A stretch of DNA of 64,000 bases from the NCBI GenBank assembly GCA_030248215.1, contig JASANG010001414.1, positions 744,001 through 808,000 on the forward strand. The letters run 5' to 3'. Position numbers and translations under genes: made by a program. Source of the DNA: Enoplolaimus lenunculus (taxonomy: Eukaryota). Of this stretch, positions 50,901 through 64,000 are shown piece by piece. The notes under the pieces were generated by a model. That model was not told the DNA's origin, did no database searches, and was given only the letters and a program-made list of their open reading frames with translations. Position 1 is the stretch's first letter. Each line of letters opens with the position of its first letter.

Positions 50901-53900
50901 TTACAAAACGACAAAGGGGAATTTTTTTGTTTTGATTTTATAAAAAATAAGTATGCATGATTGAGTAGTGATTCATATACGTGTTGCTTCTCGTTGCAGG
51001 CATGAGCCCAAGCAGTGTTACATTCGACATTCTAATTGCGTTCTCAAAGCAATCCGATTTACGTATTGAAATGGTAAAGTTTGGCATATTGGATATCGTA
51101 AAGTCGCGCCTGATGTCGCAAAATTCAGAAGGCAGCCAAACCAGTGATATACTCATGGTGAATAATGAAACAAGTAGCAACGAAATGGATTTTGTTTCTG
51201 TAGACACATGCGGCCACAATTGTCTTAATTCAAATCAAATTGAAGAAAGTATGGCGGATACCTCGCTCAAAGAAAGCGAAGGTGGCTGTAGCAGTGATGA
51301 GGTTGATTCAAAACAGGAAGCGGGATTCGCTGGTAGTATTCGAAAAAACCGGAGCCAAAAGCAAAGACGCGAAACGAATGCTTGTGCTGAACGTCGGAAA
51401 ACTTTAATGGCGCTTTTGTGTCGACTGTGTCGTGATGGGTTTTGCCGTAAGGTAAGGCTTTTGATGCAGGGGTTGTTAATCAAGAAGCTTACTTTTTCGC
51501 TACATTTAACCTACTCGGTCAAAGGGAAGATTATTTGGAATGTATTTTTGAATAAATAAAATGCCAAAAGAGTACAGTAAAGTGACTATGAAAAACTGAG
51601 AGGCCGGGTTTAGACCATATTGGATTGAGTAGTATGTTGTTAGTTACGGACAGAAATATATACTTTAGTAGTATTCTCAATTGCAATATAGCAGCGTCTG
51701 ATTTTGCTGTGCTTGCAACTCGGTCACGATCAGTAAAAACTGTTGAAACTTTAATGCCCGACAATCGCGATGGCGTAGACTTTGGCTTAGACTTAGGCTT
51801 AGGCTGAGACTTAGGCCCAGGCGTGGGCCAAGACTTAGACATAGTTAGGATTGCTTTGACCAGGACTTAGGCTGAGACCTAGGCTTATGTTTAAGCCTGG
51901 ATACTATGGTGGTTTTTGCAGGCACTTCTTGACTCAGACATGCTACGACTGATGATGTCAGATTTTCTCGCATGACCCTATCCGTTTAGCGACGCATCTG
52001 CATAATTTATTATTAGGTTTAGACTTTCGAATAGGTTTAAGCCTGAATAATATGGTGATCTTTGCAGGCCCTTCGTGACTCAGACATGCTACGACTGATG
52101 ATGTCAGATTTTTTCGCATTGTCCGATCCGTTTAGCGACGCATCTGCAGAATTTATTAAAGCATTCTTGGCGTTTCAATATGACGCCCTCGGATTTCGAT
52201 ATTTAACTGCAGGATGTCCCGGATATATCAACAAGCTACTGACGATTATTGATTTGTTTACAAACGCCAATCCTTGCCTTCATGGGCATTTAACACTGGT
52301 ACCACCGTGTAGCGATAGTAATAGTTCTACTGATAATGACAGTGATGAAGACGAGGATGATAGGAGACTGAGTGAAATGGAAGTTACCAAAGAGATTGGC
52401 GCGAAAGAAAAAAGCGAGAGCAGCAAGAGCTCATGCCATGAAGATGATTGCGGTGAACCGGATATAAAGCGTCGAAGGGTAAGAGTGACAATGAGGTTTT
52501 ACCTGTTTACATCGAAAATGATTGGAATTTTATGAGTAATGCATAGCAATGGCCTACTTGCAATTCGTATAAATTATGGTTATTATATATCTGCGTTAAT
52601 CGGAGATATTGTACTATGTGAATTTTTGAGCGAAGCGAAACTTAGAGCGCAGCTCGCAGTTTCCAAAGCGTTTTACGTTTTGTACTCGGGGATCGAAAGG
52701 TGGATGTCCTTCGGAACCGCTGAACGGATCTTGATAAACTTTTTTACTGGGAAGTATCCTGGGGTGTTATCCTCGCATTGTAGTTGCAAAATTTTAAGTG
52801 GTTTATAAGCTACCGGCTACAGGCTATTTGTATAACTGGTTTAGATTAAATTAGGACTTTTTACATTATTTCACTAATTATTAGGGTTACGAGCAGTCTA
52901 ATTTCAGCACTAACGGGTTTTTGAGTGGTTTCATTAGAGTAGAATGGTCGTTAATACCTTTTTAAGTTTTCTGTTTTTTGCTTTAGATCGAGCATTCTAG
53001 TATGGAAGGAGCTTCTCCGAAAATTGACGTATCCTGCTCAATGGATGTGAATCCAACACGTTCAGTACGCTCACGGCAATCTTCAGCAGCGAGCGATTCG
53101 GAGGAAACAACAGAATTTCGTCCAGACAGCCCGTCGTACATTGAACTACTGCACAGCAGCAAATGCGCCAGTGACATTGCTGAAAATTCAGCTGATTTTC
53201 AAGACCCATTAAATTGTAGTCAGTCTGAATTCAGTGACCCGCCAGCAGGTAGCAGAAGCGCACCGTATAGTTCAGAATTAGAATTTTATGGTCCGTTTAG
53301 TCGAAATTTTTTGGAGCGACGTCCAAAGTTGAGTTTTCGATCAATTGGATCAGTTTTGAATGTAGGGTCCTCCCCGCCGTCAGCTGCCAGTATTTTGCAG
53401 GATCCGTTGTGGACACCTTCGGCTGGGAATAGCCCGACGTTCAGCTGCCATTCGAGTACTGGGTCTTTGTCACCGCGGCATGAAGAAGGATACAGGTAAA
53501 TGAAAAAGGGCTACGGATCAGGGTGCCGTCGGATATCTGGCTCCGGTACCTGCTCCCGCAAAAAATTGTCATCCGGATCCGGCTCCGGTATTCTACATTG
53601 CCGAATATATGTTGCTGAAAAGTTTAACGTAACTCTGTGTTAAAATATTATATTATATAAACAAAGTAACGTTTTCCCAGTGACTTTCGTTCTAAAAACA
53701 GAAATATTACCAAAAACACAGTGTTGATGTTAAAGCTCTTGTAGGAGCAAAACCATAACAAATTATAGCAAATAATGCTTTAATTAGCGCAATTATTAAG
53801 TTTTAGTTTATGTCAAAATATACACTTAAATATCGGGCTGCGGTAACTGCTGTAACCGGATATTGATATATTCAGCTTCGGTATTTTTTCCTATCCGGTC

Positions 53901-56900
53901 GTGCCATGCTTTGGATTTAGCTTAGGGGTATTTTGTGGTAGGTTTTCACTCGTTAGCTTTGTTTGTTAAATTTTTTATGCCTTAATGTAAATGCTCGGAT
54001 ATCTTTTTGAAGCTGTCGATTTAATAAATTTCTTGTAACTTCAAAGTATCTAAGGCTAAAGTTATATACATTTTTGTTTTGAATTTTTGTAAACATCAGC
54101 CCGAAGACCACTGTATTAATTTCAGTGTACCCTATTATCATTCAATTATTTAATTATGTTCTTAAGCAATATATTTCGAGTTTAGACGTGTGAAAGTGAT
54201 ATCTATGACACTGGACCATTTGTATGTTTTCAGCTCCGGCAGCCCTCTGTATCAAGGTGCCCCAACTGATGATGCATTAGACGATTGGTATTTATCACCA
54301 AGTCATACTTCGCATGCGGCTGAAGATTACAAGCTGCCACAGGGGACTTCGTATTACAGGTATAGTTTGATACGAATTCACTAAAAATTATAAGAAGTCA
54401 TTTATTTGGAGTTTCGACCATTTTAATCAACCAAATTATCGTTTGCATCATCTGTTTGCTTTTGATGTTCAAACATTTAGTGAATGCTATATTGTGTCAC
54501 GTCAGTTGTGGTACATAAATTGTGTGTCTTTGAGGCGCACATAGTGATTATGATTTCCCTTCATGATTACTTACTTATTGGAACTTCTTTTGTGAGCTAT
54601 ACATTGGTATTTTGTGGAAGTGGGATTGGCGTATAACTTAAAGCATATTTAATTGTACGAAGCGGTACTCTGAACGAAGCTCGGAGTCTCGCGAAGCGTT
54701 TTATGTTTTGTGCTCGGGGGTCGAAAGGTGGATGTCCGTCCGTCCATCCGTCGGCCGGCCCGTCCGAAAAGAATCTCAGCAATCGTTCAACCGATTGATT
54801 TGGATAAACTTTATTTTGTTTGAAAGCTTAGAATTCTGGAGTGTTAACCTCGCATTGGGGTTTTAAAATTTTACGCCGTTTATCAGCTACAGGCTAATTT
54901 GCATAATAAGCATAAATTAGTTCTTTTTACTGTATTTCACTAATATTACGGTAACAAGCAATCTAATGTCAGTACTAAAAAGTTGTTGGGTACGAGAAAT
55001 CTGAACAAATTGTTTATAAACCTCCAAACCCGAAAATTGAATAGTTAGCTAATAGCTAATTTGCATATTAGCTTAATTTGTTAGTTAAGTCTAAATTATG
55101 ACATTTAAAATTATTTCACTGATTATTAGGGTTTCAAGCAATCAAATTCAGTACTAAAGGGGTTTGGGCGCCAGCAATCGAAATAAATTGTTTGTATATC
55201 TTCAAGACCGATAATTTAATAGTTAGTTAACAGCTAAATTGCATATTAGCATAACTGATAAGCCAACATTAAGACTTTCTAAATTATTTAACTGATTATT
55301 AGGGTTGCTGAAAGGTTTCTCGGTGCGAACAATCAGAATAAATTGTTTATATACCTCCAAAATCAATATTTTAACACTTAGCTAATAGTTTATTTGCATA
55401 TTGGCTTAATTAGTTAAGCCTAAATTGGCATTTTTAAGTCTTTTCCCCGATTTTATTAGGGTTACAAGTAGTAATCTAATTCAGCACTAACGGGTTTTTG
55501 GGTGCGAGAAATCTCAATAAATTGTTTATAAACCTACAAAACTGATCAATGAATCGTCAGGTAATAGATAAGATGCATATTAGATTAAAGGGAAAGTAAA
55601 TGGCTCAAACTATTCATTTGTGCTTTATAAGATTGGAATGCTTGACTAGACTGAAAAAAGTAAGTATGGCCGTGCTTCGTTCAATACAATATGTAATTCT
55701 ACTACGACTGGTTAAGCTATGTTTCCATTAATTACGTTTTTGTATTTGCCGTTACTTTTGTTACATATTGCTAATCAAAGTACATCACGGCCGATCTTGT
55801 TTATAACGAACATTGTTGTATTTTTTGTTTAGGGCGACTTCAATTGCAAGCACGGGATCCGGCTTGTTGCCTGAAAAAAGTTTGTTTTCATCAGTTTGTT
55901 TATCAGGAAATCCTGTTTCAATGCCACGCAGCAGCACTGAAGCAAGTTGTTCTCCAGCGCCTTTACAATCTAATGGGTAAGTTACCATAACAGTGACAAG
56001 TGGTAGTGTAATGTCGTAACTATTTTCATGGTTGGCGTATGGTTAACGATTGGAAATTGTATTATTCAAATTGCGTCATTCAACAAAAGTTTTCCCTGTT
56101 CAGCACCAGAATTGGCATAGCGAACAATCAACGAGTACAATTTAGCCACTCGCTAACCGTAACCTAAAGTAGGAATCGAATCCAAACAAGAGTAATGACA
56201 TTTATTTTTTCAGCAAATCTGCTTGTTTCGCTAACAGCAGTTATTACATTGCCAACCTTAGTTCTAAGTTTTCAGACCTGAAACAAAAATATTGATTTAT
56301 ATTACATAAGTTACTTCAATTTTTATTGTTTAAAAATGTATTCTTATATTGCCGAACATAGTTGCATTTGGCTTTTGGCTTCGAGTTTTTCACAATGTAA
56401 TCGGAATCCAAACCGCTATTTTTTGCCGATACCGAATCCGAACTTTTGTTTCCACCCTGTTATGCCCTATCTCAATATGAAGCCAAGCATGGAAAATTTA
56501 CTGTGAACGACATAATTATGTAGTATACGAAGAAAATGTAAGATTTAATAACAAACGTTACAGGCAAACACTCTTATGATTCTGTATGGTATTACGATAA
56601 TTTATTGTTCAACAATGAGCAGCAGGTGCAGTTGAGTGCAGTTGACGATTTTGCTGTTATTTATTAAAATCAACAGTTTGGAATATTTATTAAAATCAAC
56701 AGTTTGAAACTGGTTGAAATATGTATACAAGCTTGTTTGTCTTGTCTTTTCAGCGAAATGTTGTGCGTTTCGAAGCCTTCAGAGTCGCTGTCATTGAAAA
56801 TTGTCGACACAACTTTGACTATTTTGTCGCTTATTAGTCAAAACGACTTGTACGCAGACTTGTTGCTAAAAGAATCGGACAGTTTGGTGATTTTGTTTCG

Positions 56901-59900
56901 ATATATAGGTAAAGTTTGTGAATTGCGAAAATCATAATTGTTGTAAACCAATCACTGGAAGTTGTTATATGTCGTTCTTTGATTTTTTAGAAGATCGATC
57001 TAAACGTATTCGTAGACGGAAAACCACATTTGACTTCAGTTTCTGACCTGTCATATTAAACTGTTAAAGTCTTTAGAGCGTCCTCTATCATTGTTTCGCT
57101 CACTATAATTTAGGGTTTGAGTGTTGAAAAAGCATTTTGCACGATCTTCTTAGATTTTGTTATAGGTTTATTGGTTTGTTTCACTCATGGGTGTGAACTG
57201 CGATTTAAATAGTTGCCGTTCATATGTTTTATATTCTTATAAACATCCCATGCGTACTACATGTGTGTGTATATGTAAACAGGTAGCCCAATGTGGATCT
57301 GCTTAAAACCTTTAAAGCGATAGCACGACAGTTTCAGCTCAAACTTGTGCTCCGAATCCACGAGTGGGTCGATTATTGAAGCGAATCGTTCGAAATCCGA
57401 GGTTTGTTGGCCCGTTGCTGATCAAGTTCAGACTCCATACTCTGATTGACAAATATTTGTGTTCTCCAAAGTGCATGTTTCCTGATGGCACCAGCGATAA
57501 AGATGAAAGTTGTCTGCGGTGTCGAAAGGTACATAGTTTATTGAACTGAAGGTTGTTATTAAATTCGTTTCTTTTTTTGAAAATTTAATTTTGTTTTTTA
57601 TTTCCAGTTCGTTTGCGGTCTGAGGTGAAGTTTTCGAAAGTCAGTAATTGGCCTTATAATAAGTAGGTTTAAGATATTTGAACGCATTTAAAATCGCATA
57701 ACTAAGATGTTGTTGTGGAGCAACAAAGATTACTGTTTCCTATTGTAAAATTATCGTTCTTGCAGCGGATATAATTTGTTTAAAATAAGTTTACAGTTGT
57801 GCAAAATTGGTTGCGAAATTTTGAATTCGTTCAAAACACAATGCGACAGCCCATACGGAATGGACGTATTATGTCGTAGTATCCGTGATGCGCCTGATCG
57901 TATATCAAGATTTCAAGCTTCGGTTGCTTCGGCGATGCTAATTAGGTAAGGTGTGCCCGAACGTGCGTCAAGTTAACCTAATACATCCAATCGGATGTTA
58001 CTTTTCAGGTATTACCGGATATTATGTTATCCGAATGCTACGGCTAAAGCCTAATAGTGAAGTTTTTAGTCAATTCATAGTGGAATATGCAATTCTAATG
58101 GGCGCCAAGTTTTCATTAGTTGCTGCACGTGAGCTAGATTTTGGATTTTATTCTGGTTTCAAATAGCAAGTAGAATTTAGTGTTGGGGTGATATACACGA
58201 CTTATTTTTGTACTAATTTAACAACTGTGTAACCAACGGCGGTGGATATTATTTTGTTTCAGGTCGTATGTTAACAAATCAAAATTACTCAAAGACTATC
58301 GAGCTTTAGATTTCATTCTGGAACAGCTGACTCCGGATGGTGAAGACGCCAATAATGTTGTGACGGCGTGCACTGCACTGAAGGCGATCATAAGTGCAAG
58401 TGAGTTTTTGGTTGAATAATAATTATTCAAAAGTACTAAACAAATCTCATCAGTATTTTAAAAATAAAAATTCTAGTTTGTTAGGTTAAAATAGTGCTTA
58501 ATTTTTAGTTATGCGTTAATATTTTTCATTTTCTAAAGCACACTAGAGCTCTTCTGTATGATATTTTGTTTCCCACCAATTAGCAAGAGCTTGGCCATGG
58601 GGGCTAGGGGTCAAATTCTTTATCTTTATAATTTTTGTCCAGGAGTGTTTAACAGTCTTTTTCAGTTGGTGATACGAGAAACCTGTCGCAATATTTAATA
58701 GATTGTGACTACGTCCTGACCACAAGAAAAGCTAATTATCACAGTTACAAACGTAACGATTCATTTGACATAAAGGGGACGTTCAATTGAAAAATTAAAT
58801 AGTTTAGGTAAACTCCAACAGATGAGAAATGTTGCGAGCCACAGATATATACCGAAACTGCAAGCGACGTGCTATTTCAAATGCTATTCAGAACAGGAAG
58901 TAAAGTAAGTTGATTGATTTAAATAATGACATATATTTGGCGCATGGAAGAATCTCCACTTTTTGGGTTATGGTGTTTTTCGACTAAGACTAAAATTAAT
59001 TTTTTCTTGCTGAATCGTATGGCCCATACATATTTGTAACGAACATGTTCGATATGCATTTTTCTACAGAAATAAAATTTTATACAATTATCGACAAATC
59101 CGAAAATGAAATCACGTTTTCAGATCTGTAACCAGCTGAACAAGCTAATGAAGGGTCGCAAAAACACAATTTTAGTACGTGAATGCGGTTAATTTTACAC
59201 TGCTTAGCGAAGGAATGGCTGAACCCCACCTGGCCTCTTGTGGCTATAGGCCCGCGCGGTTTCTAAATTTTAATAGATTGTAGTACTCAGGTGATTAGAT
59301 TTATTGTGGCGACGACCTTTATTATTCAAAGACAACTACGAAATTGAAAGTTGTGCGAAAACTACATTTACGAGCCAGAATAAAATGCACTTTAATATAC
59401 TGGTATCAGCTGTATGGATTATGTATAGCGGTAAAGAAGTTCTGTTGTTCTGTGTCATGTGTCTTTAGTGTTAGGCTTGGTTTAGGAATGGTTTACATTT
59501 CTATACAAAACTTGGTTATATTTTTTAGAACGCTTAGCGATAAATCAGTTACGCGTGTCGTGTACAGTTGGTCAAAATCCACCGAGCCAAACCTGAACTG
59601 TGCTTTGAAAACGTGCTATATTGATACAAAAGTATTATTAGACGCTTCACCGTACTATGCGACTATGTTTGCACCGATGAATTTAACCACCAGCTGCGAA
59701 ACGTCAAAGACCACGAGCTTTGAATTTGACAGTGAGTGTTCTGCTATTTCTGAACTGAATAAGGCTTCGATTGGCTTTCGTGAACATTTAAGCAAACAGA
59801 TTGACACACGGGATGCAGGGGTATCAAATTCTGCAATGGAATGCTTCCTGCACTTTTTGCACGGATGTCGAGATTGTGGAGTAATCCGGCGAAAGTTGCG

Positions 59901-60192
59901 ATATCCAGAGAGTATTCAGTTGCTCGATTTAGCGATTCGACACGATATTGAGTCGTTGAAAAGTGTTGTACTAGGCCGGTGGGTGCCTCTACTGTTATCA
60001 GTGGAATCGGTGGCAGATTATACCGTAGCAAGCTATGTGTACGAATGTGACGAATTGCGCCAGTTGGCGACTGGGTTCATTTTGGGCAGTGAAGTTTCGG
60101 CGAAGAAACTGGGTGATTTGTTGAAGCTGTTGAACGCGAGTGGATATATTGATCGGTATTTGGTGGATTTGAAAAAGTTGATTTTGGCTTGA
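47974..60192 (+). CDS. ARMC5: ARMC5 (armadillo repeats plus C-terminal BTB); start codon unresolved (~47400-47970). Exons 47974-48110, 48219-48249, 49086-49218, 49481-49623, 50335-50583, 51000-51451, 52068-52478, 52987-53495, 54234-54359, 55833-55976, 56754-56908, 57338-57528, 57797-57945, 58263-58399, 58808-58904, 59529-60192
   Basis: Phase-consistent exons with recalled ARMC5 motifs: KLLANC, IVRLFANIA, LCRLCRD...ALRDS...AFLAFQYDALG, PNPRVGRLLKRIVRNP, QCDSPYGM, and BTB ASPYYATMF...FLHFLHGCRDC. Confidence 0.85.
54650..55680. mobile_element. Helentron/DINE-1-like non-autonomous repeat with about four internal ~170-bp units; shorter copy 52625-52930
   Basis: gcgaagcg...ggatgtccgtccgtcc...aaccgatt start shared by both copies; repeated ctgattattagggtt...aataaattgtttata units. 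Family assignment is by resemblance only. Confidence 0.45.
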
Positions 60193-61600
60193 GAATTCAA
60201 TAGCGGTGGAGTGCTGCTACTGTTGTTATTGTTGTTCTTGGGCAGCGTGGAAGCTATTTGTCATGTACGTGTGTTATCGTTTGTTTTTACGGTTGCAGTT
60301 GGCGGATGTTATCGAATGAAATATGCTATCATGTGTTGCCTGGCAAAACTTTAATTAGTTTATACGTTAGATTTGCATAAGGGTTAACTGTAGAACCATA
60401 TTGGAGACTAATAGTGTTGAACTGACCAGGGTAGCAGGATTTAGATAGGCATCTGTAATTGCAGAATCCTTGTCATTCTGGTGTCGCGCATATTTCCACA
60501 AAACATTTCGCTGAGTTACTGTTATATTTATTTTTGTAAATTAAACAATTTTCAACTTTGCTTGCGTTTGTTGTGTTATTTTGTTCGCGTCTGCTGTCGT
60601 GCGTCGATATTATTGAGCAATCACATGTACGTTTCGGTTCACAATTTGATTGTCTCAGACAAACTTGTGAAGTATTGTAAGTTAATTTTAAATAGGCAGC
60701 AGCAGCACAGTCGCATTGTTGCGCTGTCAGTACTGACTCGTTCAAGTGTTGTTTTGTTGATGAAGATGGTGTTAGTTGTTGCTGAGCGGTGCTGTTTTGA
60801 TAAATTAAATTGGTTTCGGTTAACTCGATTAGTTTTGATTCGGTGGGCGATTTAGTATTAATTTGTTGCTTGGCGTCGCATGAAGTGAACACTGAAATTG
60901 AAATTATACCAAATAGCTTTGCGTCCAAACTAAAGAAGCCGCTGACGTGTTATGGGTGGCGGTGTAATGTTTAAAATTTTATTGTAGTCCTGTACCGTTC
61001 GTCGCCGTCCGTCACTGTTTGTTGTAGTACATTAACTCATTGCGTACGATACCGCGCGGTGATGCATGGTCACAGGCGGTGAAAGGCGCAGCCACACGAC
61101 AAGTAAGCGCCACCATAACTGTTTGGAGAATTCACATCCTACTTTAATCTCAAAATAGCTGGTGCATTAAAGACTGGGCCCATGTATGGAACAGAGCCTA
61201 AACTGTATTAAGCATATTCCTAAGCCTAAGCCTAAGACTAAGTCTAAGCCTAAGCCTAATCCTGTGCATAAAAGTTAGTCTAAAGTTTAACCTGACACTA
61301 GTACAGAAATGCATGAAAACGTTCTGGCACTGTTCGATACATGGACCAAAGACGGTAGCTGATTAAAAATTGAGTACCCAATCTTTAAAAAACATGTATA
61401 CACATACGAGACGTGATCACTTGACCGTTCATCTTCCCGTTGAACCACGAAATTTAATTGAAAAAACTACATTAGCAAAGCAAAAAGGTGGATCGAATTG
61501 TCGGCCAAATAAATTCAGCACTGGATTTAAGAGTGTAATCGTAAATCCAAGCTGAAGCGTGAGCAATTGCAAACAGCTAAGGCATGCAACTGTTCAAGAC

Positions 61601-64000
61601 CTATTCTATATCTGGGCCGTGTGGTTCAACGTTAAAGCAGTACATACCTTGCTGATGTGTGTTACGACTAACAGTTGCGTGGCATGCAAAAGCTTCTAAC
61701 GCGCCGTTTCTTTTGGGCAGCGGTTTGGCTGTGAATACGCATTCGGATAGAACAGCTGAAATTTAAAGTACTGTAGTGACTCGAATAAGAGAGTGAGATG
61801 GATATTCATTTTGCTTACATGTTTGGACCCCCAACACGATTCTTATTTTTGAACATTTTCATGTATATGTTGACTATAATCAAAATACAAGCAAATACGT
61901 TTCATACAGATAAAGACACGTTTGTTATTTGAAGATAGCCAGTTCAAGTTAAACAATGGAAAGGAATTCATTTTTTACAAATGCAACATGTATTACGGTT
62001 TGCAGCAAAATACAGAACGTGCAGTTTTTACAGTAATGCGATCGCATGGCCTTTATTTTAGCTTAAGCGGCTTTTAACAGAAAATGATAAATCATTTTTA
62101 TGTTCATTCACGGTACGACCGGTGCGAAATATTACTAAGGGTTGTAAAATTTTTGACATGCGGCGCCGTCCGGCACTGGACGGCTCCGAACAAGTATAGC
62201 GCGACCATAGCGCGGACAGTATAATATCACGCAACCTATGCTGCTTTAAATTAGGAGGTCGAACAGCAGTGGTGTATTGCGAAATGTTGGTAGAAAACAA
62301 CATAAATTTCAACAAAAACGTTTCACAAAAATGCATATCCAACTGCCGATTCAAGCTTTTGCAGTGTATTGATCCGATGTTAGCCGAACCACCCCGATTT
62401 CACAGTAAGGCCTGCCAAAGGACGAAGCCAGGGTGGCATTTCAGGTACAAATCTCCCCCTCCCCCACTTTTTCTTGATTTTGATAACTTGGGTTTTCAGA
62501 CACTGTTTCAATTCTTGTATTTCCCTTTTTTCCAAAATTCTGTCCACGTTCTTCACTGCAGCAGTTGTTTTACAATGAAATCGGGTCAAAATATTATGAG
62601 TGGACAAAATATCATCGAAGGCAAAATGTGAAGTTCAATTAATGACCTCTCGATCTGCAACTTATATACATTTTAGGTTTAGGATTACACTTATGTTCAG
62701 GCTACGGTTAAAGCTTACTATAGGCAAGACCCTACTTACATGGGCCGTACAATTTATTCTTGAGCAACAAAAATTTTCTGGATTAAGAGTATTTCGATGG
62801 CTTATTTCATGTTCAATCATGCACTAATTAAACAATTCCTCCAATGTATATATGGAAGTCGTTTAGCCTGTGACTTACCGCAAGATAATATTAGAAAGAT
62901 CAAACAGAAAATAAGTGCCGTTATACCTAATACTCGCAACAACGGGATGATTTTCGCTGAAATATAAAGTTAAAGCTGTTATAAAGTCAAGGTAAAGCTT
63001 GTAGTCTAAATTATAAAAATTGCTAAAAACGATTGTTGGCACAAAACCTCGGAACCGTTTTCTCAGAGTCCAAATATATGTTGGTACCCGCAACTTAACT
63101 TGACTGAAATGTCAGAAAAAAATTTTGTAAATTTTTGTTCGTTATGTGAGTTTGGTTGTGATGCAAAAACGATCTACAGTGTAACTGCAGTGTGCGAGCT
63201 AAACAAAATATATATGGCGTAATCGGTTTTAAAATAATCATTTGGTTCAATAACATCGAAAAGGAAGGATCCATTTATTTTTGAGTCTACAGAATCGTGT
63301 CAAACATACAAAACGTTTTTTGCGCTTTGAAAAATGAGTTTATGTTGATGCTAAAATACCGTTACAAGATATGTACTTTTGCAGTTTAAAGCTTGTTGCC
63401 ATACACCAGCGAAGCGATTCATTTCCGAGTTTCTTCGCTTGCAAAAAAATGTTTTCAAAGGTGCTGGATGAAACGCGAAAAGCCGCCTAATGTTTAGCGG
63501 TTTATCTTTGACACGATTCGCAATGGAATTAGAAATTAAAATGAATTTATTGGTGTTTCACAGGCGTTAATCGCCCTAGCGCTAGCACTAGTGTGTAAAG
63601 CGAATAGTATCAAAAATAAAACGCATTTCAGACACTTTGCGTTTCAAACAGCACTTGTTCAAAACACTTTTTGTAAGTGAAGAAACTCCAGAATGAGGTA
63701 TTCGCGCATCAAACCATAAAAGCTTGTGATGCTTTATCTAGACATATGACGTAATTGTTGCGACTTACACTTAGTTTTATAGTCAATAAATCCTAACGAT
63801 GTCAACAGTAGGCCAACCGCTAGAAATAGTACAAATCCGCCCAAAAAAAGCAAATGTAAGCATGTCCGGGTGACAAACGGAAGCGAGATTCGCCGGAACT
63901 GTTTTGTGCTACTAATCCTGGATGCAGGTTCTGAGACAAAATGCGACGTGCCGCTTGAGTCAGGACCAAAATGATACGAAGCGTTCTCTTTTACGTCTTG
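61601..64000 (-). CDS. 3' part of a small two-transmembrane protein gene. Exons >64000-63769, 62956-62879, 61755-61601 (a donor at 61648 could extend it)
   Basis: Phase-1 junctions give ...TCLHLLFLGGFVLFLAVGLLLTSLGFIDYKTK|SKIIPLLRVLGITALIFCLIFLILSC|AVLSECVF...; strong TTTCAG acceptors and GTAAGT donors. Confidence 0.7.

Noticed and set aside
36315..60192. Operon of three co-oriented genes
   Set aside because: Intergenic gaps of about 2.5-3 kb with repeats, and no sequence evidence of polycistronic processing.
60473..60928. 151-aa minus-strand ORF
   Set aside because: No ATG start or recognisable domain, and its phase-2 acceptors do not match the phase-1 donor at 61648. Probably UTR or intergenic, though not fully excluded.

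Overview
AT-rich, intron-rich animal DNA, most likely a nematode (inference from an UNC-8-like degenerin, abundant TTAGGC hexamers and many TTTCAG acceptors). Six genes were reconstructed by hand from splice signals and reading-frame phase. (1) The 3' part of an unc-8-like DEG/ENaC channel (+, 361-6203). (2) A complete ~21-exon ionotropic glutamate receptor (iGluR) family gene (-, 32074-8795). (3) An unrecognised TM/coiled-coil protein (+, 36315-38793). (4) A Staufen-like gene with four dsRBDs in one exon (+, ~41256-44552). (5) ARMC5 (+, ~47974-60192). (6) The 3' end of a two-TM protein gene (-, 64000-~61601). The most striking system is in the iGluR. Its S1-ligand-pocket/M1 exon exists as two diverged, frame-incompatible tandem copies (mutually exclusive exons). 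The intron between them carries two antisense elements predicted to pair in nested fashion with the 5' end and the donor site of the second copy. The receptor also has Lys at the Q/R pore site, a non-canonical S2 pocket and a 9-nt microexon. Introns and intergenic DNA are dense in MITEs, dominated by a GG-terminated, 8-bp-TSD (Merlin-type) family carrying telomere-like TTAGGC arrays. All family assignments come from recalled motifs, not database searches.
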